Shown here: positions 60,826 through 64,000 of the stretch, piece after piece
Layout of the letters: each line of letters opens with the position of its first letter
Position numbering within the stretch: position 1 is the first letter of the stretch
Source of the DNA: Candidatus Bathyarchaeota archaeon
GTDB taxonomy: Archaea; Thermoproteota; Bathyarchaeia; Bathyarchaeales; Bathycorpusculaceae
Direction of reading: 5' to 3'
DNA length: 64,000 nucleotides
Assembly: GCA_963828195.1 (NCBI GenBank)
Contig: CAWHDT010000003.1
Coordinates: forward strand, 256,001-320,000
Translations under genes and position numbers: made by a program
Notes under the pieces: model-generated
What the model saw: the letters and a program-made list of their open reading frames with translations, nothing else
Databases searched by the model: none
Told to the model about the DNA's origin: nothing

Positions 60826-61854
60826 ATGCGGATGATAAAGTGGTGCGACGGAACGGTCATTACAGTTGACCAGACCAAACTTCCCCTCCAAGAAGTCACT
60901 TTAGAAATCAAAACGGTTGAGCAGATGGCTGAAGCCATAAAAACCCTCCGCGTCAGAGGCGCCCCACTTTTGGGTGCAGCAGCCGCCTTCGGAGTTGCAT
61001 TAGCCGCTTACCACTCAAAAGCGCCGACCAAAGAAAAATTGCTATTTGAACTGGAGAACGCAGGCACGATAATTAAGCATCAGCGACCCACTGCGGTAAA
61101 CCTGTTTTGGGGCGTAGACCGGGTTCTGGATAGGGCACGTGGTTTTTCGGGAAATGTGGGCGAAATGAAAGTTTTGGTGGTTGAGGAGGCGCAGAAAATT
61201 GCGGATGAAGATGCATTGCAGAACCGCGCAATCGGCAAAAACGGCGCCGTGCTCATCGACGACGGCGACACCATTTTGACGCATTGCAACGCTGGCGAGT
61301 TGGCAACAGTCGAGTACGGCACTGCCTTGGGGGTTATCCGCGCCGCTTGGGAAGAGGGCAAAAAAGTCAAAGTTATCGCCGACGAAACTCGCCCGCTGCT
61401 TCAAGGTGCGAGGCTTACGGTTTATGAGCTGAAGCGCGATGGGATACCTGTCACTTTGATAACGGATAACATGGCGGGCTACGTCATGAGCAAGGGGCTT
61501 GTTGACAAGGTCATCGTAGGCGCCGACCGCATCGTCCAAGACGCCGTCGTTAACAAAATCGGCACTTACTCGGTAGCGGTGCTGGCACATGAGCACGGCA
61601 TACCGTTTTATGTTGCAGCGCCAAAATCCACCTTCGACCTGCAGCACAAAGCTTCTGACGTAATTATTGAGGAGCGCAGACCCGAAGAAGTCACCTGCAT
61701 CGGCTCAGTGCAAATTGCTCCTGAAGGCGTCAACGTTATGAACCCTGCCTTCGACATCACGCCGCTCAAATACGTGTCAGCAATCATATGTGAAACCCAA
61801 GTTTACTACAGCAAAGACTTCAGCAAATTCAAGAAAACGGCGTTAAATAAATAA
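60826..61854 (+). CDS. mtnA: S-methyl-5-thioribose-1-phosphate isomerase
   Basis: DQTKLP, VRGAP, RPTAVNL, THCNAGELAT..YGTALG, ETRPLLQGARLT, NPAFDITP. Confidence 0.93.
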   Translation: MRMIKWCDGTVITVDQTKLPLQEVTLEIKTVEQMAEAIKTLRVRGAPLLGAAAAFGVALAAYHSKAPTKEKLLFELENAGTIIKHQRPTAVNLFWGVDRVLDRARGFSGNVGEMKVLVVEEAQKIADEDALQNRAIGKNGAVLIDDGDTILTHCNAGELATVEYGTALGVIRAAWEEGKKVKVIADETRPLLQGARLTVYELKRDGIPVTLITDNMAGYVMSKGLVDKVIVGADRIVQDAVVNKIGTYSVAVLAHEHGIPFYVAAPKSTFDLQHKASDVIIEERRPEEVTCIGSVQIAPEGVNVMNPAFDITPLKYVSAIICETQVYYSKDFSKFKKTALNK

Positions 61855-61898
61855 AACCAGAAAAACGTCAAAGTCCTCGCGATTCTCTTATTCCCATT

Positions 61899-63143
61899 TT
61901 AGTGTGTTTTGTACCTTAAGAGAGCGGCAAAACCGCTTAAAGCGGTAAGCTTTGCTTTTTCCTGTGACTCTGTAGATATGACTTCAACCAGCCCGTTTGT
62001 TTGCGCAGCCAAATCCTCTAAAACATCCACTATATCCTTCTCCTCCACCGAGTAATCAACGGCTTTGCATCTCTCGCATGGATGCGATATCATTTCTCGA
62101 ACAGCCTGAGCCTTCTCTTTCACATTTACTATGTTCGTCTTTGATAACTCGCATTTCTTGCACATTACAACGATTTCAATCATATCCGTTTTGTCTGTCA
62201 CCAAGGCAACTTCCACTTCGCCTTTTTCAAGTGCGTTCAAAACTGGATCTAACCCGTAAATAGCCAACCCATCAGGCTTGGCAGTTTCCGCCAAAAGACG
62301 CTGCACAACCAGCTTCTCCTCCGGCGCACACATATTGTTGATTGTTTCAGACGATTTAGCAAGCACCTCTCGTACGCCTTCTTTGCCCGCGGATTGGCTA
62401 TCAACTGTGCCTATTAGCGCATTTTTTAGTTCGCAATGGAGGTAATCGCCGCTTAAGAAATCCTCTTTGGTGTGGCCGGGTCCTCCAACTAGCAGCGCCG
62501 TGACTTTGTGGTTCTCAAGAAATTCTTTTGCTGCGTGCTCAGCAATCCTGTGGAAAAAGTATGTAACTTCCATGTCTCGTTCTCGCTCGTATCGTCTTTG
62601 GCTTGACCCGCCTTTTCCAGATTTTCCCGGAATCCCAGATGTAATGTTTTCAAGTAATTCAAGGCGTTCACCATTAAGTATCCCGAAGCTCGCCTCCTTT
62701 GAATCCAACGAGATAAGCCCCACAACATGCTGATTTCTCAGCATTTCCCTCAGCGGATCTAGATGGAAATGATTATCAACGTTGTAGAAGTAGGCGGTAA
62801 TCGGCTCTGGCGGAACAACTTCTTCAACGTGTAAAGCGTCGCTTTCCAACTCGTTCGCAGCGAAAGTTCCAGCAAATAAGGCAAGCCCGTTTCCCGGATT
62901 TTCCTTCTGCAGCTTTAGATGCTGGATCAGATTTTTGAGGCCTTCTTGTAGGCGGTTTTTCTCGCTTTCAGATTTCGCGGCGGCAGAGTCCGATTCACAC
63001 TTGAGAAATGCGGCCAGCTCATCCACTGATTTCTCCCGAGGAATATAGAGCGAGATGAACTCCATTCCCCGTCCCTCCTTATCAGACAGATACGCAATAA
63101 GCTTTCTGAGTTTATGCTGCTTCACTGAATTGCTGGTCGCCAT
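61899..63143 (-). CDS. Divergent paralogue of archaeal peptide chain release factor aRF1
   Basis: Three-domain eRF1/aRF1 layout (ISLYIP, NGLALFAG, PPEPI; PGKSGKGGSSQRRYERER, GGPGHTKEDF; YGL, Zn ribbon CKKC/CERC, GFAALLRY); GGGTG SD favours ATG 63143. Confidence 0.9.
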   Translation of the reverse strand: MATSNSVKQHKLRKLIAYLSDKEGRGMEFISLYIPREKSVDELAAFLKCESDSAAAKSESEKNRLQEGLKNLIQHLKLQKENPGNGLALFAGTFAANELESDALHVEEVVPPEPITAYFYNVDNHFHLDPLREMLRNQHVVGLISLDSKEASFGILNGERLELLENITSGIPGKSGKGGSSQRRYERERDMEVTYFFHRIAEHAAKEFLENHKVTALLVGGPGHTKEDFLSGDYLHCELKNALIGTVDSQSAGKEGVREVLAKSSETINNMCAPEEKLVVQRLLAETAKPDGLAIYGLDPVLNALEKGEVEVALVTDKTDMIEIVVMCKKCELSKTNIVNVKEKAQAVREMISHPCERCKAVDYSVEEKDIVDVLEDLAAQTNGLVEVISTESQEKAKLTALSGFAALLRYKTH

Positions 63144-63282
63144 CTGGCACCCGTGAAAATGCGCTAACTTTTCTGAAACCAAACTCTACACCTAATTATT
63201 AAACTACGTAGATACAAATTTATCAGTTTCTCAGAATTATAGCCAACCCGTATTGGTATCACGATGCGTTGGGACGAGCTGT

Positions 63283-63837
63283 TTACGTTCTTTGCATCAT
63301 TGGAAATTTGTAATTCGTTTTTTTGCCAATAAAGTAGCCAATGAAACCGCCTGTTATCCAAGAAAGAATAAGGGTGATTCCAGCAAAATAATCGGCAGTT
63401 AAGTCTGTCATCCCCCACCTAAACCCGCTTGCATTTGAAATCAACATAATTATAGCCCAAAAAGCAAAACCAAGTAGAGATGCTCCAACAATCACGTAAA
63501 TTTCTTTGCCAAGCTTAACTCCGCTTTTCCCAAACTTCTGTCTGTAGCTGTCTAATTCAAGTTCTGGGAAAGCAATCATTTCATCTAAAACAAAATGACC
63601 CTTATCCGTAAGTGAAAATTGTGAATCTGCTTGTTCAGATATTAAATGCTCTTCATCAATTGTTAATTTTTCAAGAGTGTTTAATTGATATGTAAGCTCT
63701 TGAGCGTCGTCAATCTTTAAATTAGTCATTAAATCGTCAAAAGTTAAATGTCCATGTTCGCCAAGTTGCAGTAATATTTTTTGGCGCAGAGGCTCTTTTA
63801 AAATTTCATGCAACTGAACAAGCTTTTCATCGTTCAT
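63283..63837 (-). CDS. Winged-helix protein with two C-terminal TM helices (membrane-tethered regulator candidate)
   Basis: HEILKEPLRQKILLQL..HGHLTFDDLM...L.YQL..L...FSLTDKG ArsR-like wHTH; two hydrophobic helices. Confidence 0.75.
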   Translation of the reverse strand: MNDEKLVQLHEILKEPLRQKILLQLGEHGHLTFDDLMTNLKIDDAQELTYQLNTLEKLTIDEEHLISEQADSQFSLTDKGHFVLDEMIAFPELELDSYRQKFGKSGVKLGKEIYVIVGASLLGFAFWAIIMLISNASGFRWGMTDLTADYFAGITLILSWITGGFIGYFIGKKTNYKFPMMQRT

Positions 63838-64000
63838 GCAATCTGCTTCAATTTATAGCAATATTAGCTTTTCCGAGAAGCTATCTATCATCAATACTGG
63901 TAGCTCGAGTTGAATATTGGTCGAACTCATTTGGTTTTTGGGAGACATGACGCATAAAGCCGAACTCAAAGAGAGCGGAGCAAATCAGAACCCAAGAATT

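Noticed and set aside
63880-64000. Open frames on both strands at the right edge (GGAGAC ATG at 63947 on +)
   Set aside because: Too short and truncated by the window to call

Overview
Gene-dense archaeal chromosomal window, most likely TACK / Candidatus Bathyarchaeia. This is inferred from the archaeal-type TpiA, RNase HII, class I CCA enzyme, ATP-dependent ligase, aRF1 fold, GGTGA/GGAG Shine-Dalgarno sites, many TTG/GTG starts and expanded families of TM-anchored surface proteins. Core genes are rnhB, tpiA, nadA, trxA, lig, thpR-cca and mtnA. Accessory content includes a NikR-NiCoT-FmdE nickel module with a visible operator, an MNT-HEPN toxin-antitoxin pair, two-component genes, an Lrp-linked redox/metal locus, two atypical cation:proton antiporters, a glycogen/trehalose block (treT, treZ, GH57, treY, malQ, plus a distant debranching enzyme) and several glycoprotein-like surface proteins. 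No tRNA, rRNA, CRISPR array or intact transposase/integrase was seen. Highlights: (1) an aRF1 paralogue whose three stop-codon-reading motifs are all degenerate and whose GGQ reads GGS, a candidate codon-independent ribosome rescue factor; (2) a four-gene array of modular surface proteins joined by a stereotyped 14-nt stop/start overlap; (3) a 22-bp palindromic operator, present in pairs, whose proximal copy lies exactly 46 nt upstream of the ATG at two unlinked surface-protein loci; (4) an in-frame TGA in a Cys-rich membrane protein of a redox operon; (5) 37-38 bp hairpin-forming direct repeats bracketing the antiporter pair; (6) an unannotated 54-aa ORF resembling a virus head-region module. 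At least five frameshifts and three missing start codons suggest indel errors in the assembly, so every single-base claim needs read-level checking.
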